This document shows positions 34,968 to 44,345 of a stretch of DNA of 64,000 bases, one piece after another; the first letter of the stretch is position 1, and each line of letters begins with the position of its first letter. Both the position numbers and the translations under genes were made by a program. The notes under the pieces were generated by a model. It had not been told where the DNA came from. It searched no databases and saw nothing but the letters and a program-made list of their open reading frames with translations. Source of the stretch: Rhynchopus sp. YZ270_cl-10 (lineage: Eukaryota); the NCBI GenBank assembly GCA_964035575.1, contig OZ037839.1, positions 372,001 to 436,000 on the forward strand, given 5' to 3'.

Positions 34968-37900
34968 TTATCGCGGGGCAAACCCGAGACGTCCCTGGGA
35001 CGTGTCGTGGTGCCCTTTCCCGCAACAGGCCTGAGGAGACGCCAGCATCGGCAATCCGTCCTTCTTCCTCTTCCGTCCCGCCTGCACACATGCACCGCAA
35101 GCACCCCTCCCGTGGGCCACACAGTTGTGGTGCTTCTGACAGCACTGCTTCATCGACACGTTCCCCGCACCCGCACACTGTCCGCACATCGAGAAGTTAT
35201 GCACCTCACATGCCTCACGCGCCTCCACACAGTCACCCAAAATAAGCTCATCACAATGGTGCGTCGCACAACACGCCGTGATGGGGATGTTGTTGTGCTC
35301 GCAGTCCCCGCATCGCATCTTGGTGTGTATGTCACAAACCCGCATGGCCCCCACCTTCCTCCTTACGTCCACACGCACAGCCGGTGTCTGCCGCCTGCGT
35401 GCCTCCTGCCGTCGAATCTGCTCTGCCGCAACTGCAGCTATCGCAGCACTCTTACGCACCTCCTCTGCCTGCTTCTGCTCTTCCTTCGCTTCCTTCCAGC
35501 GTTCGCTCTTTGCTGAGCGTTCTTCCGGAGTGGAAGTGTGAGCTACAACCGCGTCGTCACCCCACCTCGCCTTCGTCTTTTCCTTTTGTCGGGAGAGTGC
35601 TCTCCGCGACGTCGCCTTCTCCTGCAACTCCTTCAGGTATCCTTCAACCCCCGCCGCATGCGTCAGCACAGGTCGCACAGAATACCCCGTCATGATCCCC
35701 GCACCCAGTTCCTGTAAGTGGTGCACCTCCCTCTTCTCCACTCCTTTCCATACGTCCCTTCCATGCGCCATAGTTTTCGCCGTCCGCATCATGGCACCAA
35801 AAGATTCGGCCCTCTTCAACACCGTCTCACCCGGTACGTCCAACCCCGAGAAGATCTCAAAGTCCAGCATGAGCTCGAGCTGCGTGATGGGGGGCGTTGT
35901 GCCATCAGGCCAACGCAATGCAGCGAGCCATGCCTTCAGCGCCCAGAAGTGGTCTTCCGTCCAGCGTGGACTCTTCTTCATGTGCTTGCTCCCCCACAGT
36001 ACGTTCTCCAGCGGGTTGTAGCTCTCAAGCACTGCACCCTCCTGAGGATTCCAGCCCCAAGGAAAAAGGGATTGGCCCACCACCGCCTGCTTCTTCTTCT
36101 TCTGCGAAAACCCATGTTCCACGTCGTACTTCTGCCTTGCCAGCGCGATGCTGACCAGCATCAGTTGCACACGACGCACCGTCTGCTCTCTCTCCGCAAC
36201 ACTCAGCTCCTGCAAGAATATCGTCGGCACCAGGCCAAAGTCCAAGAAGCACGGGGGTGCGTCTTTGAGCAAAACCCTGAGTTTTCCGATGTCCTCTCCA
36301 CGAATTTCGTCCCACTGCGGGCACCACCACCAAGCGTGTCTCCGGTCCTCTATCGCCTCACCACAGTATCGGCACAACGAGGACTCCACCTCCTTGTTCC
36401 TCAGCAGCTGCACCCCCACCAACTGAGAGCCCGACAAGGCTCCGCGTATCGCGCCCGCCAGGTATCTGTCTGTCGTGCGGTCCTTCCACACTGCGTTCGT
36501 CGCCTGGCGATCCACACCTCCCTCAATGCCCTGCATCGACGGCCTCGTCGTCACTGTCAGGCGGTACGCGTGTGCACGGATGCCCTCTCTCAGCTCATGC
36601 AGCCATTTGCCCTTGTCCCACAGACGAACGTGCACCCTCAACCCGATGTGTGTGGTCCAGAAGTCGAAGCTGCTCCACCGCCATCCGTATCGCTCCAGGT
36701 CGTCCCACAACAACTCTATCACACCCTTCTTGTGCATTTCAGTTACCCTTGGGTTGGCAACCCCAGGGTTCTCACGCCGGAGACGTGCCAGATCTGAAGC
36801 CCTGTCACGCCGCCTCACCTCCCGCTCCGCTCTTCGGTCATGTGCCAGCCTCCACACTTCTTCTGCTTCTCTTCGCATGCCGTCATCTTCTGTCAGTCGG
36901 AGAAAGGCCGCCATCCTCCTCTGTACAATCTCCGCTGGCGCATCAATCCCGACCGGAGACAACACATGCCACACAATGTTCAGCGTGCGCTGCTTCCTGC
37001 CCTGCCCCCAGACTGCTAGTGCAGCCCCTTGCCTCAACGTCTCGATGGTCTGCTTCGAGAAATCTGTCACTTCACACCCATGCAACGCTGCCATCATTGG
37101 TCCCCTTGCGCCAATAAGTGCCTTCTCAGTGAAGGATAATGGCACACTCGAAACCCTCGTAAACACACGGTGCGCAGTAACCGCACGCTCACGCGCGATG
37201 GGCCCGAAGTTCCCCTTTCCAGCCAAAATGTCTGCTCCAACCGCCCCGAACTGCTTCTTGTCGGGGAAGAACCCGTCGCCAAGTCCAAACTTCGTCTTTG
37301 TTCCCTCCTTCGAGGTAAACCCTACGCACTTCTCTGCCTTGACCTCCATGTCCGCAGCAGTGATAAACTCCTTCGTCACCCTCGCAGCACCATGCACCTC
37401 CGCTTCCGTGTTCGCCACAGCATACACGTCGTCAGCGTACCCCATGGCGATTGCTCCCGTCCTTCTCGTCACTGCAGATCCCCACACTGCCATCAGCGCG
37501 TTCAACAGCACGACAGAAAGTGGGCAACCTTGCAGGATACCATTTGTCGTACGGAAAGCGCCTCCCACACCTACGTCTCCCAACTTGAAACGGCGTTCCA
37601 TGGCAGTGTACGCCGCCCTCAGTGGTCCAAGAATACGCCAGTGCGCGCCCCACTCCTCCGCCAGCGATAGCACAATCTCATGAGGCACACGATCGAAACA
37701 TTTGGCGTAGTCAATCGTGAAGCCCCATACCTGGTCTGTGTCGTCACCCGACAGCACCGCCTTCTCCAGCTTGAGCGACAAGTGCCAGTACAGGTGTGCA
37801 GTGCTGTGTCCTGCTCTGAAGCCGTGCTGTTGCTCACCAATCCAGCTTTCCTGCCACTTTATCAGTCTTCGCAACCTCGCTGCCGCCCACAGTCTGTAGA

Positions 37901-39734
37901 TACACGAAGTGATCGTGATAGGTCGCTGCTTCAGCGGGGTGTCGTCTTCCCCTTTGGGGATGAGCGCAATGAGTGCTCTCATCAAAGAAGGCGGCCACTC
38001 CCCCGTACACTCAATCGCATCAAACACATCTGCCAACCTGTCGAGCAGCACCAGAGGAAGCGCCTTCAGCTCTGCCATGCGCCAACCCTCCACCCCAGCA
38101 GAAGTTTGCGTCTTCATCCTCCCCAGAGTTTGCTGCAACTCCTTCCCCGTCAGCCTGTCCATCTGCATCGCTTGCCCCTTGCCTGCGATGTCTTCTGTAA
38201 ACTTCTCCCTGAACGCACCCCAGTCGGGTTCTGGCTTTTCCGCATATCGGCGAAGAATCGGCATCCACGCCTCATGCAGGAGGGTGTCCATCTCCTCAGC
38301 GTTGGCGGTGAACTTCCCATCCTCGTTCTTCAGGGCAGTCATCTTCCTGTACTGTTCGTCCTTGCAGTATTTGAAGATCGCCTTGGGAGCATTGTGCCAT
38401 GCATCCCGTAGGCGCTGCCGCCAGTCCTCCAGTCGCTTCCGCTTCACTCGGTCCGCAAGCGTTGACACCTTCACTCGCACGGCTCTGCACAGATCCACCA
38501 AAGCCTCCTCGCTAGGCATATCCTGTTGCAGTGAGTCGTCGTCCAGCAGAACACGCAGTTCCTTCCGCGCCTTGCTCCAACAATTGCACACGTCATGTGG
38601 CGGCACACCACCGTTGCTCCTCACGTACCACAGCCGACATTCTTCCAGCCTGCCCACGTTCTTCGTCAGCCTTCTCTGGCTCACTGTCAGAGCGTCCCCT
38701 TCCTTGCTCTGCTTCGCAGTCCGGTGCTTCGGCTTCGGGTCAAACGTTTTGCCTCTTCCGCAATACGCCTTCGTCGGGCCCTCAATCTCGCCTTCGCACG
38801 CCTGCAGCAAGAAGTCCTCTGCCCACTTGTTCCACTGTATCCACCTATCCTGAGGGTGTTGAAGCGCCCCCCACTGCAGCTCCTTGCTCGCAAACGCCTT
38901 TTGTGCATTCTTCACGCCTTGTCCACACTTGTCCAAAGGGAACTGCTTCGGCAGAGTGTACGCGAGCACGATCTGCCTGTACGCACCTACATCCAGCGCT
39001 ATCTCTACCGGTCTGTGCTGCGGGAGCCCAGAGTCGTGGACAACCTTCACAGACGACAGCCCTGTGCACGCAGCTCGGTTCAGCAGAACGTAATCGAGCC
39101 TCTTGCGGATCTCCTTGCCGTCTTTCACCGAGAAGTAGGTGTTGTCCGGGGTCGTCCCAAGCACCCTTGCGTGCTCTTCGGCAGTGTCCTTCCACCATCC
39201 TGTGTCCAGTGTAGCAGCCAGCACACCTGATTTCCCTGGACCTGCGTTGAAATCCCCACCAATCACCCCAGGAATATCACCAAGCTCTGCAGCAGCCTCC
39301 ATCACCTCGCCAAGTATTTTCTCCCTAGCCTCCGGGTCCGCCGACGGCGCGTAGACGGAGGTCACGTCGATCCACTCGTTGCCTTTGCCGTACGCCACCT
39401 TCGCCTTCACCCATCGCGTTGAGTCCCAGAGGTTCTTTTCCAAGGTTGAGGAGGGCGGGCTCGTGAGCACAGGTATTCCCTCTTTCACCAGAATCGCAAC
39501 ACCACCAGATTTCGCTTCTTCGGCCGACCTCCATTCCGGCAACTCCTTACCCCACACCACCTGCCAACCCTGCTCGCGGTACTCGATGGAGAGGCGCTTC
39601 TGCGTCGTCACGGTGCACTTTGTCTCTTGCACCAGAACAACGTGAGCATCCTCCGCAACCTTCAGCAGAGAGCTCCCGCCTGTCTGCAGCGCCGTCACAT
39701 TGCTGCACACTATCTTTAGTGGGGCAAGGCCCAC
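34968..39734 (-). CDS. LINE ORF2: APE endonuclease + reverse transcriptase + CCHC-type knuckle + C-terminal Cys/His repeats
   Basis: APE motifs: VCSNV, VLVQET, GGVAIL, SVYAPS, GGDFNA, RLDYVL, QHRPV. RT motifs: QRPITI, QHGFRAG, DYAKCFDRVPH, GILQGCPLS, YADD. Knuckle: CRYC...HAWWWC. The start codon is GTG or unknown. Confidence 0.96.
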   Translation of the reverse strand: MGLAPLKIVCSNVTALQTGGSSLLKVAEDAHVVLVQETKCTVTTQKRLSIEYREQGWQVVWGKELPEWRSAEEAKSGGVAILVKEGIPVLTSPPSSTLEKNLWDSTRWVKAKVAYGKGNEWIDVTSVYAPSADPEAREKILGEVMEAAAELGDIPGVIGGDFNAGPGKSGVLAATLDTGWWKDTAEEHARVLGTTPDNTYFSVKDGKEIRKRLDYVLLNRAACTGLSSVKVVHDSGLPQHRPVEIALDVGAYRQIVLAYTLPKQFPLDKCGQGVKNAQKAFASKELQWGALQHPQDRWIQWNKWAEDFLLQACEGEIEGPTKAYCGRGKTFDPKPKHRTAKQSKEGDALTVSQRRLTKNVGRLEECRLWYVRSNGGVPPHDVCNCWSKARKELRVLLDDDSLQQDMPSEEALVDLCRAVRVKVSTLADRVKRKRLEDWRQRLRDAWHNAPKAIFKYCKDEQYRKMTALKNEDGKFTANAEEMDTLLHEAWMPILRRYAEKPEPDWGAFREKFTEDIAGKGQAMQMDRLTGKELQQTLGRMKTQTSAGVEGWRMAELKALPLVLLDRLADVFDAIECTGEWPPSLMRALIALIPKGEDDTPLKQRPITITSCIYRLWAAARLRRLIKWQESWIGEQQHGFRAGHSTAHLYWHLSLKLEKAVLSGDDTDQVWGFTIDYAKCFDRVPHEIVLSLAEEWGAHWRILGPLRAAYTAMERRFKLGDVGVGGAFRTTNGILQGCPLSVVLLNALMAVWGSAVTRRTGAIAMGYADDVYAVANTEAEVHGAARVTKEFITAADMEVKAEKCVGFTSKEGTKTKFGLGDGFFPDKKQFGAVGADILAGKGNFGPIARERAVTAHRVFTRVSSVPLSFTEKALIGARGPMMAALHGCEVTDFSKQTIETLRQGAALAVWGQGRKQRTLNIVWHVLSPVGIDAPAEIVQRRMAAFLRLTEDDGMRREAEEVWRLAHDRRAEREVRRRDRASDLARLRRENPGVANPRVTEMHKKGVIELLWDDLERYGWRWSSFDFWTTHIGLRVHVRLWDKGKWLHELREGIRAHAYRLTVTTRPSMQGIEGGVDRQATNAVWKDRTTDRYLAGAIRGALSGSQLVGVQLLRNKEVESSLCRYCGEAIEDRRHAWWWCPQWDEIRGEDIGKLRVLLKDAPPCFLDFGLVPTIFLQELSVAEREQTVRRVQLMLVSIALARQKYDVEHGFSQKKKKQAVVGQSLFPWGWNPQEGAVLESYNPLENVLWGSKHMKKSPRWTEDHFWALKAWLAALRWPDGTTPPITQLELMLDFEIFSGLDVPGETVLKRAESFGAMMRTAKTMAHGRDVWKGVEKREVHHLQELGAGIMTGYSVRPVLTHAAGVEGYLKELQEKATSRRALSRQKEKTKARWGDDAVVAHTSTPEERSAKSERWKEAKEEQKQAEEVRKSAAIAAVAAEQIRRQEARRRQTPAVRVDVRRKVGAMRVCDIHTKMRCGDCEHNNIPITACCATHHCDELILGDCVEAREACEVHNFSMCGQCAGAGNVSMKQCCQKHHNCVAHGRGACGACVQAGRKRKKDGLPMLASPQACCGKGHHDTSQGRLGFAPR

Positions 39735-39742
39735 GGTCGTGA

Positions 39743-42607
39743 TTAATACGACCTTTCTCGGTTATTGTCCGTGTCGCGGGGGCGGCTGTTCTCGTCCGTC
39801 GTCGTATCTTTCTTCTTCTCCTCACCGCCACGATCTTGAGCATCCCTGGCCTTGTCCTTGGCCTCGCGAGCTGCCTTCTTCAGCGCCTCGTTCTCCTCCG
39901 TGAGCCGCTTGCTCTCCGCTGCCAGCTGCACGTTCTGGTCCTTGCACTGCTGCACCGTCTCCTTCATCTCAGCACATTCTGCTCTGAGCTGTTCCATGTC
40001 GAGAGGCTGCGGCGGTTGCGCGACTGGTGCCGACTGCTGCGGCTGTCCCATCATCCGCTTCTGTGCCTCCAACATCTCCTTCTGCTGCTCCATGACGCCC
40101 TTCATCATCTCCCGCAATTCCTTCATCTCCTTCTTCATCATCTCTATCTCGTCCTGCGCTGCTGATGAAGCTGCGGGAGGTGCCGGAGCCGCCGGTGCCC
40201 CTGTTGCAGGGTGGGGTCGAGCTGCAGGTGGTGCGTATCCCCTCGCCTTAGCCGCCCACGTGCCAGCGCCGCTCTCTGCTGCTCCTTGCCTCGGTACTGG
40301 GAACTGCGCCAGAGGGAAACCCCACGGATTCGCACCCACCTTCTGCACACGACGCCCTTCCTTCACCGCACACACCGTCAACACCAATCCACCCACCTCC
40401 AGCACCCCTTCTGTGCTCGGGCACGGCACATCCGACGTAACCGTCCACTTGTGCCCTCGCGACAGCACCTTCACCGTCCAGCTCGCCTCCCTCACCAGCC
40501 CCTCACACAACAGCTGGACCGACGTGTTCGCCGGAATTCCCCCAATCTCGTACCTGTGTCCCTGCACGACGACGTCCTCCTGCACAAGAAGCCTCTTCGC
40601 AGCCTCCAAGTCCCCCTTCATCACCCGCACCGCGTAGCCCCCTTCCCCTACGGCGAGTCCGCGCACGCTATCCTCCATGTTCTCCTCAACAAGGTCCAGC
40701 CGTGCCAGAGCAGACTCCAGCGGTTCCGCCTTCCACAACAACCCACAGTCCCCGTACTCCTTTGCCTGGAAGAGGTGCCGCACAAATACCCCTTCCCGTC
40801 CGCTTCTCCTCAGCATGGCGCACACCATGTCCTCCGTCACGTCCACAGACATCTCCATCCATCCTCCTCTCTCCAAGCCGCGTCCACACCGCACCCCCTG
40901 CAACCCGTACCACCGACGCATGCGTTGCTCTCCCTTTGTGCGCCCCTCCCCCTGGAGCAACATCGTTCTGCCCATCAGCGTAATCAGCTTGCTCGAGAAC
41001 GTGCTCTCCACCGGCTTCACCACGTCGTCCAAGTTAGTTGTCATGGACGACAGCCACACTTCTTCCACCTTTGCTCCCCGCTCCGTCTTCACCGCCACCT
41101 TCGCCTTCTTCGTGCGCGCTGCACCCGTACACTTCGAACGGGACACAATCACCATCTGCGGAAGTTGGTGCAGCAACTGTAACCCCTGCAGAAGTTCGCT
41201 CGCCTTCCACGCAACTGCCGCCACCTGCGTCACCCCTTCCACATTGCTGGGCACTGCATCCCACACCGGTATTTTCCATCCCTGGGGCGCCAGGTTCAGT
41301 GCATCCTCCGCTGCGCTCTGGGTCACCGCCGTCGCCTTCTTCTTCCCCTTCACAGCTGTAGCCGGTACGTGCAGTTGCGGTTGTCCCACTGCGCACAGAA
41401 GTTCCTCCCCCACCTTCAACCCTGCCGATTCCACAGCACCGTAGTGTACCCCCTCGAACCCCAGGACTACGTCAGACTCCGTGAAGGTGAGGTTAGCCTT
41501 CTCCGGAGTTCCTTCTGCCAGCTGCCCGTCGGACTGCCCGTCGATCAGCGTAGCCCGTAGCGCGTTCTCCGGTCCAACGTCAAGCACAACAATGCGGACC
41601 TTCATCACCTTGGCGATCGCATGGAGACACAAATGGTCCCCCCATGTCCCCAGCTGCGCCATGCCTGCCAGGTATGCATCAATGCACCCCTCGTCCACAA
41701 ATGGGCTGTAGTGTGCCTTCTGCTCCTTCATCACCTCAACTGCGAGCCTGCGGAAGCCTGCGTGACCATTCGGGGACCGCTCCACAGACCACGCCACCGA
41801 CCGGAACAGACAGTCCCCCTTGCCCCCACATTCCTCCCATCGCAACCCCCATCTTTCCAGGTGTCCCTTGACACCTGGCTGCACGGCAGCTGCCAGCGTC
41901 TCCGTCCTGCATCCCCTTGCGGCGTACACCCCTCCTGCAACCAGCTGGGCGTTGCTCTCTGCCTCCTTCATCCCCTTCCCCGCCTTCGCGCAGTGCTGCA
42001 GCGATACCCTTATCCCCCTCTTCTTCAACTCGCCCAGCAGCGCCTTCACCTTCTCCAGCCTCTGCTTCAGCAACGACGAGTCGCAGGCGTGCCCCTCAGC
42101 CACCTGCCTCCAGACCACCAAGTGCGTGACCCACACGCGCGCGTGGGTGCCCTTCGGGTACGACCCGTCGGCCACCCCTTGAAGCCCGAGCAGGATGCCC
42201 TCGTACGCGGCTTCTGCCTTGGTGATGTTTGCCAGGCGGCGGGTTACTTCCCAGTGCGTTCCTGGTTCCTCCTCCGTCGCATCACGCGCCAGCGCACACA
42301 GCCCCGTCGTGTCCCGCACCTTCTCGCCCGTCACTACTCCGATGAAGACATCGGGATCCTTCCTCTCCTCCCCTGCACTGCGCTTCATGCCGCCTGCCCC
42401 CGGGTAGGCGGGCTGCCGTAGCCCCTCAGTCCAGTGCGCCTGCTCCGCCGCCGCCGTCACCTCGTCACTGCAATAGCAGTTCCACGACCTGCAGCACACA
42501 GGCGCCGGCGGGTGTGGCGTCCACTTGGCCGATCCGTGTGACGGATCGTTGCCCGGGATACTCCGCGTGGAGGCTGGACGTGACTTCGACACCATGTACG
42601 AAAACAT
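39743..42607 (-). CDS. LINE ORF1: degenerate RNase H-like fold + OTU cysteine protease + coiled coil
   Basis: RNase HI-like: EAAYEGILLGL...LVVWRQV...LQHCAK. OTU: GKGDCLFRSVA...GTWGDHLCLHAIA...GVHYGAV. The C-terminal region is heptad-rich. Confidence 0.85.
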   Translation of the reverse strand: MFSYMVSKSRPASTRSIPGNDPSHGSAKWTPHPPAPVCCRSWNCYCSDEVTAAAEQAHWTEGLRQPAYPGAGGMKRSAGEERKDPDVFIGVVTGEKVRDTTGLCALARDATEEEPGTHWEVTRRLANITKAEAAYEGILLGLQGVADGSYPKGTHARVWVTHLVVWRQVAEGHACDSSLLKQRLEKVKALLGELKKRGIRVSLQHCAKAGKGMKEAESNAQLVAGGVYAARGCRTETLAAAVQPGVKGHLERWGLRWEECGGKGDCLFRSVAWSVERSPNGHAGFRRLAVEVMKEQKAHYSPFVDEGCIDAYLAGMAQLGTWGDHLCLHAIAKVMKVRIVVLDVGPENALRATLIDGQSDGQLAEGTPEKANLTFTESDVVLGFEGVHYGAVESAGLKVGEELLCAVGQPQLHVPATAVKGKKKATAVTQSAAEDALNLAPQGWKIPVWDAVPSNVEGVTQVAAVAWKASELLQGLQLLHQLPQMVIVSRSKCTGAARTKKAKVAVKTERGAKVEEVWLSSMTTNLDDVVKPVESTFSSKLITLMGRTMLLQGEGRTKGEQRMRRWYGLQGVRCGRGLERGGWMEMSVDVTEDMVCAMLRRSGREGVFVRHLFQAKEYGDCGLLWKAEPLESALARLDLVEENMEDSVRGLAVGEGGYAVRVMKGDLEAAKRLLVQEDVVVQGHRYEIGGIPANTSVQLLCEGLVREASWTVKVLSRGHKWTVTSDVPCPSTEGVLEVGGLVLTVCAVKEGRRVQKVGANPWGFPLAQFPVPRQGAAESGAGTWAAKARGYAPPAARPHPATGAPAAPAPPAASSAAQDEIEMMKKEMKELREMMKGVMEQQKEMLEAQKRMMGQPQQSAPVAQPPQPLDMEQLRAECAEMKETVQQCKDQNVQLAAESKRLTEENEALKKAAREAKDKARDAQDRGGEEKKKDTTTDENSRPRDTDNNRERSY

Positions 42608-44345
42608 TGTTTATATTCTTTCTTTTTGTGTACGTTGTGTGTATCCCTCCAGCGTGGTTAAAGCTAAGCAGCCGGAGAGAAATTCGCCGCCAATTTCTGT
42701 CAGGTTGGTGAGTGGCGACAAATCTAGGGTGGTTAAAACTCTACAGCCGGAGAGAAAGTTGTAACCAATGACCCTCACATTGATCAACCCAGAGAGGTTG
42801 ATGCTTGTCAACGAGGTGCAATCGTACAGAAAGTACGAGCCAATGTGTGTCACAATGGACACAGCACTGAGATCAAGTCTCGTTAACGAAGTGCCTCCTA
42901 GGAAGTCATCCGGAATGACAGTCGCAACCTCCGCCTGCAGAAGCAAACACGCCACCTCAGGATCATCTACCTTCTCCAACCGCTCTTCCGTGATGTCCGT
43001 CACACCCAACGCATGAAGTGCTGCTATGGCTTCGTACTTCTGCGTTTTTGTGAGGATGATCGTGTCACCAGCACTCAGCTGCGTCATGTCGTATCCTTCG
43101 CCCATCGCTTCATCTCCGAAACTCATGCAAAAGCCGTCTTCAGGCAACCCCACTGCAGACGCAACCTTCCGACGCATCACCGCAGGTGTGTCATCCTCAC
43201 CCAGCTCGACCGTCTCCTTCACTCCGTTCCACCCTTCGATAGTCAAATCCATTTTGTTTGCTTTTGTGTTTTCCCGATATTTTCCCCCCCCTTTGTTGTT
43301 GCACTACAGTAATGTTGATGTGGTGAAGGTGTGGGGAAACAACACAGCACATCTGCTCTCTTTTTCTACGGTGATCCAACATCAGAGTAAAGCCCTCCTT
43401 ACTGTCTTAGGGTTAAAGGCACAGAAATGCTTCGAATGAAGAACAAGAAAGCATCAAATCTTAAAAAGTGCTGATCACGCTAACGACACGTCCATAACAC
43501 TCTCCAGGGAGGGGGGGGTGACTAAGGCACGCATGTGGTGAAACGCACACACCTCGACCTGTCAGGGAAATGTGGCTCTACTCCAACCCGCCCCGGATTA
43601 GAAAAATGGAAAAAAGGATGGGAGTAGGGTACGGTGTTCAATTTCCTTTTAGCATTGCATGTAATCATAAATTGCTCGAGAGACTCGTTACTCTTTGCTT
43701 GTTGCTCAAAAGGTTAAAAACGGGAAGAGGAAAAATTAAGGTTGTTCGTTGTTCGCTTCCATTTTATTTTTCCCCCCTTCTTTACCTATCTCGACTTGAT
43801 AACGGTAAATACGCAGATTTACGGTTTGAATGTGTTTGCCTGAAGTACAGAAAATGTTGTGGAGCACAAAGGGGAAAAGAGAGGAGGGAAAACAAGCGGG
43901 GAAGTGGATACGCAGAACGCGCGCCTTTTCACGAGGGTCTCGAGCATTTTGTCAAATGCTACGTGTTTACTAATAAGAAAAATGAAATACCCCCCCCTTC
44001 TTATCACACAGAAACTATATTAACGTACACTTTCTGTTGATGCTGAAAAGGGGAGGGGTAAAAAAATAGCGAATGGTAAATTTGGGAGGAGGTTCAAAAG
44101 TTGGAACGCTTCCTCACCCCCATATCACACTCCTCTCGAAAGAGTTCAAGATTGAACTGAGAAAGAAGACCCCCAAACCCTCCCAGACCAAACGGTCGAA
44201 CATGTTGTTATAATATGCCACAAGTGTCACGTCCCCGAAAACATGTCGGCTTCGTTGACCGCAGCACAGCTGCTTTGCTTTTGGTGCTGTGCTACATAGC
44301 AGGCTTCCTCAAACACAAATGGCACGAGTGAGCCACCAGCACACG

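Larger units (their letters stand above)
34888..42647 (-). mobile_element. Apparently full-length APE-type non-LTR retrotransposon (7.76 kb)
   Basis: 18-bp TSD TCCAGCGTGGTTAAAGCT at 34870-34887 and 42648-42665; two uninterrupted long ORFs; 40-nt 5' UTR; short A tail. Confidence 0.96.
34429..43252 (-). pseudogene. Ubl-LRR copy 2, disrupted by the LINE insertion (5' part 42648-43252, 3' part 34429-34887)
   Basis: Both halves match copies 1 and 3. The 3' half also has frameshifts near 34656-34695. Confidence 0.92.

Noticed and set aside
35700..42421. Numerous long plus-strand ORFs over the LINE
   Set aside because: Antisense shadows of GC-rich ORF1/ORF2.
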